From contig CAZLXA010000001.1 of NCBI GenBank assembly GCA_964563715.1, positions 33,613-97,612 of the forward strand: a stretch of 64,000 bases of DNA, written 5' to 3'. Within the stretch, counting starts at the first letter, position 1, and each line of letters starts with the position of its first letter. The position numbers and the translations under genes are program-made. This document shows positions 17,256-28,038 of this stretch, piece after piece. This DNA comes from an uncultured Candidatus Saccharibacteria bacterium. GTDB taxonomy: Bacteria > Patescibacteriota > Minisyncoccia > Phycocordibacterales > UBA9973. The notes below the pieces were generated by a model that ran no database searches, had not been told where the DNA came from, and worked only from the letters and a program-made list of their open reading frames with translations.

Positions 17256-19748
17256 CTATTTTAGATCACCCCAACTCTGGCCAAAAACTACAGAAACAGA
17301 GAGTGGAACCTTCTCCATCCCAGACAAAAATTCATCAGGAATAGCCTCCTGCATAGCTTTTTCAACTATTTTAATGACTTCTTTTAATTTATCATTTTTG
17401 ACCTCATAGACAAGCTCATCATGGACCTGGAGAATAAGCCTAGCCTCGTCTATTAGACCATTTTTGCGTAAAGCTTCGTCAGCTTTTTTCATCCCTATCT
17501 TAATTATATCAGCTGTCGCCGTCCCCTGAATCGGCGCATTGGTGGCCATTCGCTCAGCCATAGCCCTAATAAACGGAATTGGTGACTTTATGCCTGGGAA
17601 ATAGCGTTTCCGACCAAATAGAGTCTTTGTATAACCATATTGTTTGGCAAAATTTTTAATACTTAATAAATACTCTGCAATGCTTGGGAATTGAGCAAAA
17701 TAATTATCATAAAACAATTGAGCTTCTTTGCGGTCAGTCCCCAAATTATCTTTCAAAGCGTTCACCCCCATCCCATATAAAATACCAAAATTAATAACTT
17801 TGGCCCTACGCCTCATATCATGGGTCACCTCTTCTTCTCCCACATTAAAAACTTTCATGGCCACCGCCGAGTGAATATCTTGCCCTTCATTGAAAGCTTT
17901 AATAAAATATGAATCCTGAGATAAAAGTGCTGCCACCCGAAGTTCAATTTGTGAATAATCAAAAGAGGCTAAAACATATCCGGCTTGTGCGACAAATGCT
18001 TTACGGATATTTTTACCTCGTTCTGTTTTTATCGGAATATTTTGTAAATTTGGATTATTTGAAGAAAATCGACCAGTAGTTGTTCCTGCTTGAATGAACT
18101 GAGCGTGCAACCGACCATCGGACCCAACTTGGTTTGGAATCGTATTAATATAGGTTGAAAGAAGTTTTTGTAATTCGCGATGTTTTAAAATTTCACCAAT
18201 AATTGGGTGTAGGTCGCGCAATTTTTCAAGCTCACTTTCTCTGGTTGAGATAGCTCCTCCGGCGCTTTTCTTTATTCCTTTAATTGAAAGACCAAGTTTC
18301 CCAAAAAGTATTTCACTGATTTGTTTTGGAGAATTAATATTAAATTCCTGACCAGCCTGTTGCCAAATATTTTTCTCGAGTATTTCTAAATCTTTATGAT
18401 ACTCATCAGATAATTGTTTTAGATATTTAATATCTACCATTATCCCCCTCTTTTGCATATCATTTATTATTGGAATAATTGGAATTTCAATATTTTCATA
18501 TACATAATTTAATTCTTCTTTTTTAACATCCGCCTCAAGCAATTTAAATGCCTCCGTAAAACTATTACTTCCTTTATAATGAGCAACATCATCGATATCA
18601 GGATTGGTCATTTCAGAATTGAGCAACCAATAAGCAATTTGAGCTTTTATAACCTCTGTCGAATCGGGGTCGGAGAAAGTCCTTTGAGCAATGGTCTGGC
18701 CGAGCCCTTTTTCATTTTCGAGGATGTTGGGCGAGGAGATCAGACGGCGAAGCGAAAAGGAGCTTTCTCCTACCCCTATTTCATCAACATCTAAAACTCT
18801 CAAAAATCTATTTTGTAAACTTTTAAATTCCATCTTTTTAAAGAATTCAGCCACACTATTTTTATCAACTGTTTCTCGCCAATTATTTTCAGGTAAAATA
18901 AATTTAATTGGGGCATCGGGTCTAATTGTCGCTAATGTTTTTGAAAAGATGGCCTCTTCTTCTCCCTCTTTTAATAAATTAAAAACTCGGTCAGTAATTC
19001 CAAGAGTTTTTAACTCGTCCTTAAACGCTAAAGCGTCGGGCGATCCTTCTTTAAAGGATTTAGCTTTCTTAATAGCTTTATAAATATTCTCAACTGTTTG
19101 ATATTTTGATATTAAAACTGTAGCCGTTTTTTCGCCAATGCCCTTAATGCCAATAATATTGTCTGACGGATCACCTCTTAAACCTTTGTAATCGGGTAAA
19201 CTTTTTGGGCTGAAACCAAAACGAGCCTCAACTTTTTGTTGATTGTATAAAATCGTATCATTGATGCCTTTTTTTAGAGTGTAAACTGAAACAAAGTCAC
19301 CATCAACTAATTGTAGTGTGTCCATATCACCTGAAGCAATAATAATATCTAGTTCTTTCTTTTTATCATTTAACTGCGCAACTATAGTTCCCAATAAATC
19401 ATCAGCTTCAAAACCTTCACATTCATACATTGGGACAGAACAAGCTTTAAAAAATTCCCGGGATGAAATTAGTTGAGCAACTAAAGCAACATCTGCTTTT
19501 GCTCGTCCAGCTTTATAATTCTCATAAGCCTCGTGGCGAAAAGTTTTCTTCGGCAAATCAAAACAAGCCACTATATAATCGGGCTTTAGGTCAGTAATAA
19601 TCTTAAATAGCATCGTCGCCAAGCCATATATGGCCCCTGTTGGCTCACCACGCGAATTCATAAACTCAGGCAACGCATGATAAGCCCGATGAATTATAGC
19701 GTGAGAATCAAGGAGTATTAGTCTTTTTTTTATCTGTTTTTTAACCAT
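17256..19748 (-). CDS. polA: DNA polymerase I (5'-3' exonuclease plus polymerase)
   Basis: 830 aa. N-terminal FEN-like domain LILLDSHAIIHRAYHA; polymerase motif A DYSQIELR, motif B RRRAKVINFGILYG and motif C QVHDELV. Confidence 0.9.
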   Translation of the reverse strand: MVKKQIKKRLILLDSHAIIHRAYHALPEFMNSRGEPTGAIYGLATMLFKIITDLKPDYIVACFDLPKKTFRHEAYENYKAGRAKADVALVAQLISSREFFKACSVPMYECEGFEADDLLGTIVAQLNDKKKELDIIIASGDMDTLQLVDGDFVSVYTLKKGINDTILYNQQKVEARFGFSPKSLPDYKGLRGDPSDNIIGIKGIGEKTATVLISKYQTVENIYKAIKKAKSFKEGSPDALAFKDELKTLGITDRVFNLLKEGEEEAIFSKTLATIRPDAPIKFILPENNWRETVDKNSVAEFFKKMEFKSLQNRFLRVLDVDEIGVGESSFSLRRLISSPNILENEKGLGQTIAQRTFSDPDSTEVIKAQIAYWLLNSEMTNPDIDDVAHYKGSNSFTEAFKLLEADVKKEELNYVYENIEIPIIPIINDMQKRGIMVDIKYLKQLSDEYHKDLEILEKNIWQQAGQEFNINSPKQISEILFGKLGLSIKGIKKSAGGAISTRESELEKLRDLHPIIGEILKHRELQKLLSTYINTIPNQVGSDGRLHAQFIQAGTTTGRFSSNNPNLQNIPIKTERGKNIRKAFVAQAGYVLASFDYSQIELRVAALLSQDSYFIKAFNEGQDIHSAVAMKVFNVGEEEVTHDMRRRAKVINFGILYGMGVNALKDNLGTDRKEAQLFYDNYFAQFPSIAEYLLSIKNFAKQYGYTKTLFGRKRYFPGIKSPIPFIRAMAERMATNAPIQGTATADIIKIGMKKADEALRKNGLIDEARLILQVHDELVYEVKNDKLKEVIKIVEKAMQEAIPDEFLSGMEKVPLSVSVVFGQSWGDLK

Positions 19749-19760
19749 TCTTTAATTATA

Positions 19761-20204
19761 TCAGAATTCTAGAGATCTGGTTTCATCATCGATGTGTTTT
19801 AATTTAACCCAAAAAGTGTGTTCCCCAATTGAGTCCATGACCTTCTCTGGCCATTCTAAAATAATTAAATTATTCTGGTCAGATACTAATTCCTCCCAAC
19901 CAAATTTTAATAATTCAAGTGGGTCGTCTAACCTATAAGCATCGATATGAATTAATTTTTTAAATTGCGGGTAGTATTTTGAATCTACTCCAACTTGATA
20001 AATTTTCATAATCACAAAAGTTGGAGAAATAATGACATTTTTTATTTCAAGTAATTTACCAATTTCTTTAGTTAGAGTTGTTTTGCCAGCTCCTAATTCA
20101 CCAGATAGAGCAATAACCCTCGCTTTTTTATTTTTTATTTTTGAGGCTTTATTTAATATCTTTTCTGATATTTCTTTTTTTTGATTTTCCTTAAACTTTA
20201 TCAT
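19761..20204 (-). CDS. tsaE: tRNA t6A37 biosynthesis ATPase TsaE (YjeE)
   Basis: LSGELGAGKTTLTKEIGKLL Walker A of the YjeE family; 147 aa. Confidence 0.8.
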   Translation of the reverse strand: MIKFKENQKKEISEKILNKASKIKNKKARVIALSGELGAGKTTLTKEIGKLLEIKNVIISPTFVIMKIYQVGVDSKYYPQFKKLIHIDAYRLDDPLELLKFGWEELVSDQNNLIILEWPEKVMDSIGEHTFWVKLKHIDDETRSLEF

Positions 20205-20258
20205 CTACCTATATACTAACATACCCCGACTAAAGTCGGGGTATGTTTTATTTTAATT

Positions 20259-23200
20259 TTAAAGATGCGTAACAGTCGAAGTAGTGTGGCGATTAAAATA
20301 TGAGCGGGAAAGAAGAATTAATAACATTATAACTATTATTAAGAGCAACCAACCAATCAAACTCATTCCAAACATTCCGCCAAAGAAAGCTGAGGCTCCA
20401 AGCATATTATTATTTATTCTTGGGTTATTTAAAACATAAGCCATAGCATTTTCTTGAGCCCCATTTGGATTTGTATAAACCAATATGGCCGTTGTGACTA
20501 TTTGAGCCAAGTTTACATCTAGTGTATCAACTCGAGCTTGCAAATAGATAACTCCTTCTTCGTCTGGTCGCAAATCGTTAATTGGAACAGATAGTGTTCG
20601 GTCAATGTGAGAATATGTACCTCGTGAAGTATTTGTAATCGTGAATCCTTGAGGAACATAAACCTGAACCATTGGACGCTCTAAGACTGATGTACTGATG
20701 TTTTTGTAGAAAACAACATAATCAACCATATCTCCGACTCCAATTGTTTGATATTTATTTTCAATTCTAAGTACAACAGGAGACATTGAGCCCATAACGG
20801 TTGTTCCTTGTTCATAAACTACTTCTCGAACTGTTCTGATAGTAGTATTGTTGTTGTAATTATTATTGTAATTAACATAACCTTGAGTCTTGAAGATTTC
20901 GATTGCTCCAACAGATATTCCATTTACTCCTTCGGCGCGAGCTCGGAAGAAATATATAGTATTTGGACTAAGGTTATTAACATATTCAGTTAGATTACTA
21001 TTGCCATTACTTGAACGAGAAGCTGTTCGCATCCCTAGATTTACTGTTGTTCCGTATTCAAAGTAAGTGCTGATATTGTCATTACTATAACTTGAACTGG
21101 TAAGTAAGCCATTAAGCTGAGCTGCATTTTGAGAAATATTTGTCGCCACGGTTGTAACAACATTAGTATTGTACAAATCACTTCCGCCATTGTAATCGAC
21201 ATATATTTTAATTGATTCAGAATCACTACCATTGTTACCTTCTGCTCTTAAAACATAAGTAGTTGTACTATATGGTGTTACATCTTCACTGCCATCGTCA
21301 TCGACATCACCTATATTTGAAATAGATACATCATCGCAATCTGTTGTTCTCCATCTTAAAATAACTTCATCTCCTCGACTAATATATGTATCGGTCGCTG
21401 AATAACTATCAATAGTACACTCATCATCGTTACTAGTATTATCTTCATCAACATAAATTCGAACAGTCGCAGTTTTAGTTTGACCGTTTGAATTGTAAGC
21501 TGTTAGAGTATAAGTTTTGTCACTTGTTGGGTAAACTTTTTCATCGCCATCGTCATTTACATTTCCAAGGACGGTAATTTTTACCTGGGAACAATTATTT
21601 GTCTCCCAAATTAACTTACTATAATCTCCTTCATCAATACTTGTATCACTTGCTTCAAAATTAACAATTTCACAAGTATCATTATTGTAATCATTTACGT
21701 AGACGGTAGTACTTGCAGTATCAACTGTATTACCATATTGATCTTCCGCAGTTAGGACATATGTCTTTGTATTTGTTGGGTAAACAATCTTTGAACCTGT
21801 TGTACTGACACTTCCAATACTTGAAATACTGACATTTGAACAATTACTTGTACTCCAAGAAAGAGTTGAGGAATCGCCCGACTCAATTGAATTTGGGTTA
21901 GCTGTGAAATTATTTATTTTACATAAAGAAGAAGTTGAATTTACATAAATTGTGACACTTCGTGTTTGAACAGCTCCATTATTAGAATTATATGCAGTTA
22001 AAACATAAGTTGTATTTTGAGTTGGCCAAACTTCCTGATTACCTGTTGTAGGAACACTGTAGCCAAGATTTGAAATGGTTACATTTTGACAATTACTTGT
22101 ACTCCAAGAAAGAGTTGAAGAATCACCATTTGCAATTGAAGTTGGGTTTGCTGTAAAATTATTTATTGTACACCCAGAAACAATTATTGTGCTAACTGTG
22201 ACTGTTACTGACCTTGTTTTAACAACACCATTTGAACCGGTGGCAGTTAAAGTATAAGTCGTAGTGACAGTTGGGCTAACACTTTTATTTCCAGAAGTTA
22301 CAACTTCAGCTCCTCCTAAGACTACACTTACACAATTACTTGTGTCCCACGATAAGTTTGAAGACTGACCTGGGTGGATTGTAGTTGGATTAGCTGTGAA
22401 TTTATTTATTGAACAAGTAAGTGGCACAGTATTACCCACAATAACAGTAGTTGTCTTTGTACCACCGAGAGCTCCACTTGCACTGTAAGCTTTGAGTGTA
22501 TATGTTGTGGTTGATGTTGGTGAGACACTTTTTGTTCCATTTGGTCCGTAAGTATTTATAAGAGTTGAACCACTATAAAGTTTAACTGAGGCACAATTAC
22601 TTGTACTCCAATTAAGCGTCGAAGAATTTCCACTTATAATAGTTGTAGGGTTCGCTGTGAAATTATCGATAGAACAATTATTTGGTGCAACACTATTAAC
22701 TGTGACTGTTGTTGTTCTTGTTTGAGTTGTTCCATTAGTACTAACTGCTTTCAATGTATAAGTTGTTGTTGATGTAGGGTTTACAGCCTTTGAGCCGTTA
22801 ACTGACAAAGTTCCAACATAAGGAGTGATCATAACAGCAGTACAATTAATTGTCTCCCAAGACAAAACAGATGTTCCACCATTTTGGATGCTTGAAGGTG
22901 AGGCTTCAAAACTATTTATTTTACAAACAGTTGAGGCTGCCCCGTTTACATTAACAGTTACCGACTTTGTTTGAACACCACCATTTGAACCGGTGGCAGT
23001 TAAGGTATAAGTCGTAGTTTGATTTGGCCAAATTTGTTGAGTGCCAGTTGTTGGTACATTGTAATTAAGTGGAGAAATACTTACATTACTACAATTTGTT
23101 GTCTTCCAGTTTAAAATAGAATATTGTCCAGCATTAATAGTTGTTGGGGAAGCAGTGAAACTATTTATTGAACAATTTAAAACCACAGTGTTAACGGTAA

Positions 23201-24002
23201 CTGTTTTACTATCTGTATCCATTAAAGCTCCGGCGCTATTATAAGCTTTAAGAGTATAAGTCGTTGTTGTTGTGGGTGAGACAGTTTGAGAACCATCAAG
23301 TGAAACATTACTGTTGTTAAGTTTAACAGAAGCACAGCCTGTTGTATTCCATGATAATACAGAAGACGCCCCAGCAGTTATTGATGTTGGATTAGCATTA
23401 AAATTATCAATTGTACAATTTTGTGGGGGTTGAGTATTTCCTACTTTAAAAGCAACTACAACTGTTCCTTGGCTATCCCAACCATTATTTATCGTTCCAA
23501 GAGAAAGTCCACTTGAAGTTGTAATCTGAGCTCCACTTGTAATAGGATTACTTGTTGTTTGATTAGGAAACCACCATGTATCGTTAGGTCCAATACTCAA
23601 AGATTGAGCAGTTGGCAAATGAAGTGTCGTTGTACCGAGATATGTGCCTGAAGGATTAGCTGAAAGGCTACTCTTAAAAGTATGGGTTGTTGAAGAAGTA
23701 CCAAGTGAAGGAGAGACAGTTATATAAACTTTTGTATTAGTTGCAGGCTCATTCCCTGTATTGTGATAATACAATTGGACATTAACAGAATCACCAGAGT
23801 TACCAGAAACACTTGTAAGATTCCAGCAATCATTTGATCCTGTTGGAGGGACACCGACACCGTCATGAATTCCAATACCACTACCAGGACAATCTCCTGG
23901 GTCGGTATTCCAACTCACATAAGCAAACGCACTCGTTGTTCCTAGTAAAAGGAAAACAAAAGCAAAAAAACCAATTATTATTTTTTTCATATTATTTTTC
24001 AT
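20259..24002 (-). CDS. Giant secreted surface protein with ~10 tandem ~90-aa Ig-like/beta-sandwich repeats, an FN3-like module and a C-terminal TM anchor
   Basis: Signal peptide MKKIIIGFFAFVFLLLGTTSAFA. Recurring module C.I..F.A.PT.I..G.SS.LSW.T.NC..V.I (Cys pair per repeat). The C-terminus has GMFGMSLIGWLLLIIVIMLLILL. Confidence 0.6.
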   Translation of the reverse strand: MKNNMKKIIIGFFAFVFLLLGTTSAFAYVSWNTDPGDCPGSGIGIHDGVGVPPTGSNDCWNLTSVSGNSGDSVNVQLYYHNTGNEPATNTKVYITVSPSLGTSSTTHTFKSSLSANPSGTYLGTTTLHLPTAQSLSIGPNDTWWFPNQTTSNPITSGAQITTSSGLSLGTINNGWDSQGTVVVAFKVGNTQPPQNCTIDNFNANPTSITAGASSVLSWNTTGCASVKLNNSNVSLDGSQTVSPTTTTTYTLKAYNSAGALMDTDSKTVTVNTVVLNCSINSFTASPTTINAGQYSILNWKTTNCSNVSISPLNYNVPTTGTQQIWPNQTTTYTLTATGSNGGVQTKSVTVNVNGAASTVCKINSFEASPSSIQNGGTSVLSWETINCTAVMITPYVGTLSVNGSKAVNPTSTTTYTLKAVSTNGTTQTRTTTVTVNSVAPNNCSIDNFTANPTTIISGNSSTLNWSTSNCASVKLYSGSTLINTYGPNGTKSVSPTSTTTYTLKAYSASGALGGTKTTTVIVGNTVPLTCSINKFTANPTTIHPGQSSNLSWDTSNCVSVVLGGAEVVTSGNKSVSPTVTTTYTLTATGSNGVVKTRSVTVTVSTIIVSGCTINNFTANPTSIANGDSSTLSWSTSNCQNVTISNLGYSVPTTGNQEVWPTQNTTYVLTAYNSNNGAVQTRSVTIYVNSTSSLCKINNFTANPNSIESGDSSTLSWSTSNCSNVSISSIGSVSTTGSKIVYPTNTKTYVLTAEDQYGNTVDTASTTVYVNDYNNDTCEIVNFEASDTSIDEGDYSKLIWETNNCSQVKITVLGNVNDDGDEKVYPTSDKTYTLTAYNSNGQTKTATVRIYVDEDNTSNDDECTIDSYSATDTYISRGDEVILRWRTTDCDDVSISNIGDVDDDGSEDVTPYSTTTYVLRAEGNNGSDSESIKIYVDYNGGSDLYNTNVVTTVATNISQNAAQLNGLLTSSSYSNDNISTYFEYGTTVNLGMRTASRSSNGNSNLTEYVNNLSPNTIYFFRARAEGVNGISVGAIEIFKTQGYVNYNNNYNNNTTIRTVREVVYEQGTTVMGSMSPVVLRIENKYQTIGVGDMVDYVVFYKNISTSVLERPMVQVYVPQGFTITNTSRGTYSHIDRTLSVPINDLRPDEEGVIYLQARVDTLDVNLAQIVTTAILVYTNPNGAQENAMAYVLNNPRINNNMLGASAFFGGMFGMSLIGWLLLIIVIMLLILLSRSYFNRHTTSTVTHL

Positions 24003-24205
24003 ACATTTGTCTCGCCTTAGCTATTTGCGTTGGCGGATTATTTATAAATTTCATTTTCCACCCAAATACGACAAGATTCTCTTGGGTGAATTTTTTATTA
24101 AATTATCTTTATATATTAGCATATTTAACCTATTTTGTCAATAGATACTAAATGTGCTTTTTTGCGATTTTAAACCTTCAATGTTTTCGAAGAAACATTC
24201 AAAGC

Positions 24206-24256
24206 TTAAAAAAGCGGAGAATGGCATGATATTTTTATACCATTCTCCTTTTTTTA
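24206..24256. terminator. Bidirectional rho-independent terminator
   Basis: GGAGAATGG...CCATTCTCC hairpin flanked by A-run and T-run, downstream of the 24283-25098 gene. Confidence 0.55.
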
Positions 24257-24282
24257 TTAAATGCAATACAAAGTACAAATTT

Positions 24283-25098
24283 TTACCCTCCTGATTCGTG
24301 AGAACCTGGGGTTTTTCTGCTTCCGCCAGTAGTGGTACCACTACCTTTGTCTACTCCTTTCTTCAAAAGATAAACCACTCCAGTAGTGAGTGCACCAACA
24401 ACAATAACAACCCCTCCAATCTTCGCAACTTTTACACCGTCAAGAACTTTCTTTGTGGTAGTTGTGGTATTGGGAAGATAGACAGTAGCTACACTTGGTT
24501 GTTGGGTAAATAAAACACTTTGTTTATAATTTTGGGTTTCCCCATCTCCCAGTGCCTCTTCTACACCCCTTACATCACTCCCATAGTCTGACTTTACTGG
24601 TTTTTGTTTACCAGGTTCAAACCTAACTAAAGGAATTTTCGGATCTTCTGAGTTGGCGCACTGTATCTTTGCGTACATCCCACCAGTAATATCCCCTACT
24701 TCAAGTGCAGCCCAACCACTTTCGTGCCCCATAATTTCTTTATAAACGAGACGATTATTAACTTTTGTGCCGTTGTAGTAATCGGATTGTTTAAAGTATG
24801 ACCATTCATACTCCACGGTATGATTCATAAGCCATTGCATACCAATAGCATCTGCAGTAACAACGAAACTCCAAACAGCAGGGTCTTTAGAGGTTTTTAA
24901 GATATTATTAGCCAACCTTGCGTATTCTGGCCATAATACATTTCTCATAAATGGGTCTTTGCTTGTCATTACTAACAGCTTGAATCCATCGAGGGTGCGG
25001 TTAGGATCATATTTCATGCACGATTCTACCTGTGCGTTTACCTGCAATCCTGACAAAAGGACTACTAAGAGCAGGATTTTTTGTAACTTATTTTTCAC
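24283..25098 (-). CDS. Secreted protein with C-terminal TM anchor, hypothetical
   Basis: Signal peptide MKNKLQKILLLVVLLSGLQVNA; Thr-rich linker then TM GGVVIVVGALTTGVVYLL. Confidence 0.5.
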   Translation of the reverse strand: MKNKLQKILLLVVLLSGLQVNAQVESCMKYDPNRTLDGFKLLVMTSKDPFMRNVLWPEYARLANNILKTSKDPAVWSFVVTADAIGMQWLMNHTVEYEWSYFKQSDYYNGTKVNNRLVYKEIMGHESGWAALEVGDITGGMYAKIQCANSEDPKIPLVRFEPGKQKPVKSDYGSDVRGVEEALGDGETQNYKQSVLFTQQPSVATVYLPNTTTTTKKVLDGVKVAKIGGVVIVVGALTTGVVYLLKKGVDKGSGTTTGGSRKTPGSHESGG

Positions 25099-25274
25099 TT
25101 ATTTGTTTTTATTTGTTATAGATTAATTGTTTGATTATATTTTTCTCCCAGAGACGTTGAAAATGAGAAAGAAATATAATCAAACTAGAAATCTAACATT
25201 TGACCATATGGTAGCACAATCGTCAACAAAAGTCAAGTCTGTTTTATGACCCTTATAAGTTATAATAAAAAGGT

Positions 25275-26975
25275 ATGACAATATTATTTGACGACGAAAA
25301 GCAACAAAAAAATTTAGAAGACTTAAGAAAACAAGAAGAAGAAGATTTAGTGCAGGTTTTAGCCGAAGCTCGTTACGGAATTCCCCCTATTAACTTATCG
25401 GGAGTCATAATCGACAACAATGCCCTGCGCTCTATTCCTGAAAAAGATGCTATTTCACTTGAAATTGCACCTTTTAAACTAGTTGGAAAGAATATTCATG
25501 TTGCTGTTCGTTCTCCTCAACCAGAAAAATTGGAAAGTTTAAAAACTTATTTTACCGACCATGAATACACTCCATTTTTCTATATGGCCTCCCTTTCAAG
25601 TTTAGAAAGAGCCTGGGAAAGGTATAAAGAAATTTCGTATGCCTCTGAATCCAAAATCGGGGCGGTAACAATTTCCGGAGAAGTATTAAATAAAATGATG
25701 GAGGGGATTAAAAATATGGATGACATTAAAAATGCCATCATTGAAGCTGAAAAAGATAAAACTCACACCACTTCTCATATCCTTGAAATTGTTCTAGCCG
25801 GTGCGATTGCTATTAATGCTTCTGATGTTCACTTTGAGCCTGAAGAAAAAACAGTTCGACTTCGTTTACGCTTAGATGGAGTTTTGCATGAGGTCATGGA
25901 ATTACCACCCTTTGTTCATAAGTTTATTAATTCTCGAATCAAATTAATTTCTGGGCTTAAAATAACCACTTCAGCTGTTGCTCAAGATGGACGCTTTAGT
26001 ATTTTCTTAAATCAAAATGAAATCAGTCTCCGTGTCTCAATTATGCCTGGAGCATATGGTGAATCGATCGTCATGAGAATTTTAAATCCTAAGTCTATTC
26101 GCGTGAAATTAGAAGAAATGGGTATTGAACCAAAGCTTTTTGAAATATTTATGAATGAAATTAAAAAGCCAAATGGTTTAATTCTTCTAACTGGACCAAC
26201 AGGATCTGGTAAAACTACAACCCTCTACTCATTTTTGCAAAGAATATATTCGGATGAAATAAAAATAATTACAATTGAAGACCCGATTGAATATCACCTA
26301 CCAGGAATTTCCCAAACCCAAACCGACGATGAGAAGGGTTATACATTCTTGGAAGGTTTGCGCTCAGCCTTGCGTCAAGACCCTGATGTTATAATGGTTG
26401 GAGAAATACGCGACGCTGAAACTGCCAAAACTGCTGTTGAGTCGGCTTTAACAGGGCACTTAGTCTTCTCGACTCTCCACACTAATAATGCCGCCGGAGT
26501 AATCCCTCGTTTAATCGACCTGGAAGTCAATCCAAAAACTCTGGTCTCGGCTCTGTCTTTATCTATTGCTCAACGATTAATTCGAAAACTTTGTAATGAT
26601 TGTAAAAAAGAAAAAGACATAAGTGAAAAAGAAATTAAAATAATTAAAAATATTTTAGAAGAAGCAAAGACTAATAATAAAGATTTTTCAACTTATGGTA
26701 TTGATGTAAATGCCCCATTTAAAATATTTGAGTCTGTTGGTTGTGATAAATGTAACCATACAGGGTACTATGGTCAGATGGGAATATTTGAGGCAATTTA
26801 TAATGACGCTGAAATTGAAAAAATAATTCCTCAAAATCCAAGTGAAAGAGAAATTAAAAAAATTGCTTCTCATCAAGGAACGCTAAATATGAGAGAAGAT
26901 GGAATAGTTAAAGTCTTAAAAGGAATCACCTCACTCGAAGAAGTCGGTGGTGCTGTTGATTTGATTGAAGAATAA
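25275..26975 (+). CDS. pilB: Type II secretion / type IV pilus assembly ATPase (GspE/PilB family)
   Basis: Walker A LLTGPTGSGKTTTLYS, Asp box, Walker B IMVGEIRD, His box LVFSTLHTN and a tetracysteine motif CNDCKK...CDKCNHTGY. Confidence 0.85.
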   Translation: MTILFDDEKQQKNLEDLRKQEEEDLVQVLAEARYGIPPINLSGVIIDNNALRSIPEKDAISLEIAPFKLVGKNIHVAVRSPQPEKLESLKTYFTDHEYTPFFYMASLSSLERAWERYKEISYASESKIGAVTISGEVLNKMMEGIKNMDDIKNAIIEAEKDKTHTTSHILEIVLAGAIAINASDVHFEPEEKTVRLRLRLDGVLHEVMELPPFVHKFINSRIKLISGLKITTSAVAQDGRFSIFLNQNEISLRVSIMPGAYGESIVMRILNPKSIRVKLEEMGIEPKLFEIFMNEIKKPNGLILLTGPTGSGKTTTLYSFLQRIYSDEIKIITIEDPIEYHLPGISQTQTDDEKGYTFLEGLRSALRQDPDVIMVGEIRDAETAKTAVESALTGHLVFSTLHTNNAAGVIPRLIDLEVNPKTLVSALSLSIAQRLIRKLCNDCKKEKDISEKEIKIIKNILEEAKTNNKDFSTYGIDVNAPFKIFESVGCDKCNHTGYYGQMGIFEAIYNDAEIEKIIPQNPSEREIKKIASHQGTLNMREDGIVKVLKGITSLEEVGGAVDLIEE

Positions 26976-27046
26976 ATCCTAAAAGGTATTAAAAAAACCG
27001 GTCCTATTTAATAGTCCGGTCTTTTTTTATTGATTAACAAAATAAA

Positions 27047-27658
27047 TTATTTTTTTCGTTTTTTTACTTCTATCTCTTTTGTTCCCGACACCGATCTTCC
27101 TTTTGCAATACGTTCAGTTGTTGTTGTATTGTTAGAATAACCCGTATTCCAAAGTAATCTGTTTTTTTCAAAACCCGTGGGAAGCTCAACATTAAACGGA
27201 ATACCATCAACATAAATTGTTGCTTTTTTTTCAAGAAAAAAAGAACTATTGAGTGACTGTTTCCAAACGAAATAAGTATCGTCTCCTTCTTCAAAAAAAC
27301 AAATTTTATAAGTTAAAATGTTATTTTCTGAGGATATTCCTCCTTTCATCAATGCTCCTTTTGTTTTAGCAGGAACAGTGAAACCGTCCAGCTTTGCATT
27401 ATTTACATACTCTCCGTATCCATCTCTTAAGATCCATTTTTCATCAGGGGTAAGTGCTTTTACTTTTATCTCCATTTCATTGTAAAAACTTATAGGATCC
27501 TCATCGGTGATTACAGGAATCTGATTAGTCCAAGGCACAAGAGTCAAATTTAATTCCTGGGCTTGTGTTGGGGGCGCGGCACTTGTTATTTCAACAGTTT
27601 TGCAACTATTAGCAACAACAATAATTAACCCAATAAGGGCAAACATTAACTTTTTCAT
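27047..27658 (-). CDS. Secreted (lipo)protein, hypothetical
   Basis: Signal peptide MKKLMFALIGLIIVVANSC. Confidence 0.45.
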   Translation of the reverse strand: MKKLMFALIGLIIVVANSCKTVEITSAAPPTQAQELNLTLVPWTNQIPVITDEDPISFYNEMEIKVKALTPDEKWILRDGYGEYVNNAKLDGFTVPAKTKGALMKGGISSENNILTYKICFFEEGDDTYFVWKQSLNSSFFLEKKATIYVDGIPFNVELPTGFEKNRLLWNTGYSNNTTTTERIAKGRSVSGTKEIEVKKRKK

Positions 27659-27749
27659 GATTTTTTATTTTAGTATTTATTTTGTTTATTTATTGATTTC
27701 AAATGTTTTTTATGATTATACACCATTAGAACTAAAAAGTCAAGGCAAG

Positions 27750-27787
27750 AAAATACCCCTTCGTATTAAACCGAAGAGGTATTTTTT
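27750..27787. terminator. Orphan bidirectional terminator-like hairpin in the 27659-28038 spacer
   Basis: 14-bp stem AAAATACCCCTTCG / CGAAGAGGTATTTT with flanking T-runs; no adjacent converging gene. Confidence 0.4.
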
Positions 27788-28038
27788 AAAAAAACATAAA
27801 TCTCTAAACAATCCTTTGAGAGCATACACTTACAAAGTAATATATGATTACAGGATAGACCCAGAAAATTAAAAATCACCAAGTCGTCCTACGCACATAT
27901 ATAGAGCACGGGGCCGATTGCTTAGAGATTTATGTCCTCTTAATTAAACCCCTACACCAAACTATTTAGTGTGCGGGTAAAATGCTATAATAAAAACATA
28001 TCAAACGTATAAAAAGAGTATATCATGCTTCAAAAATA

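Noticed and set aside
23834-24151. 105-aa plus-strand ORF
   Set aside because: Antisense to the 5' end of the giant surface-protein gene and its promoter; a shadow ORF.
27600-27872. 90-aa plus-strand ORF in the ruvB upstream spacer
   Set aside because: Low-complexity, spans the divergent promoter region and the orphan terminator, and has no start context.
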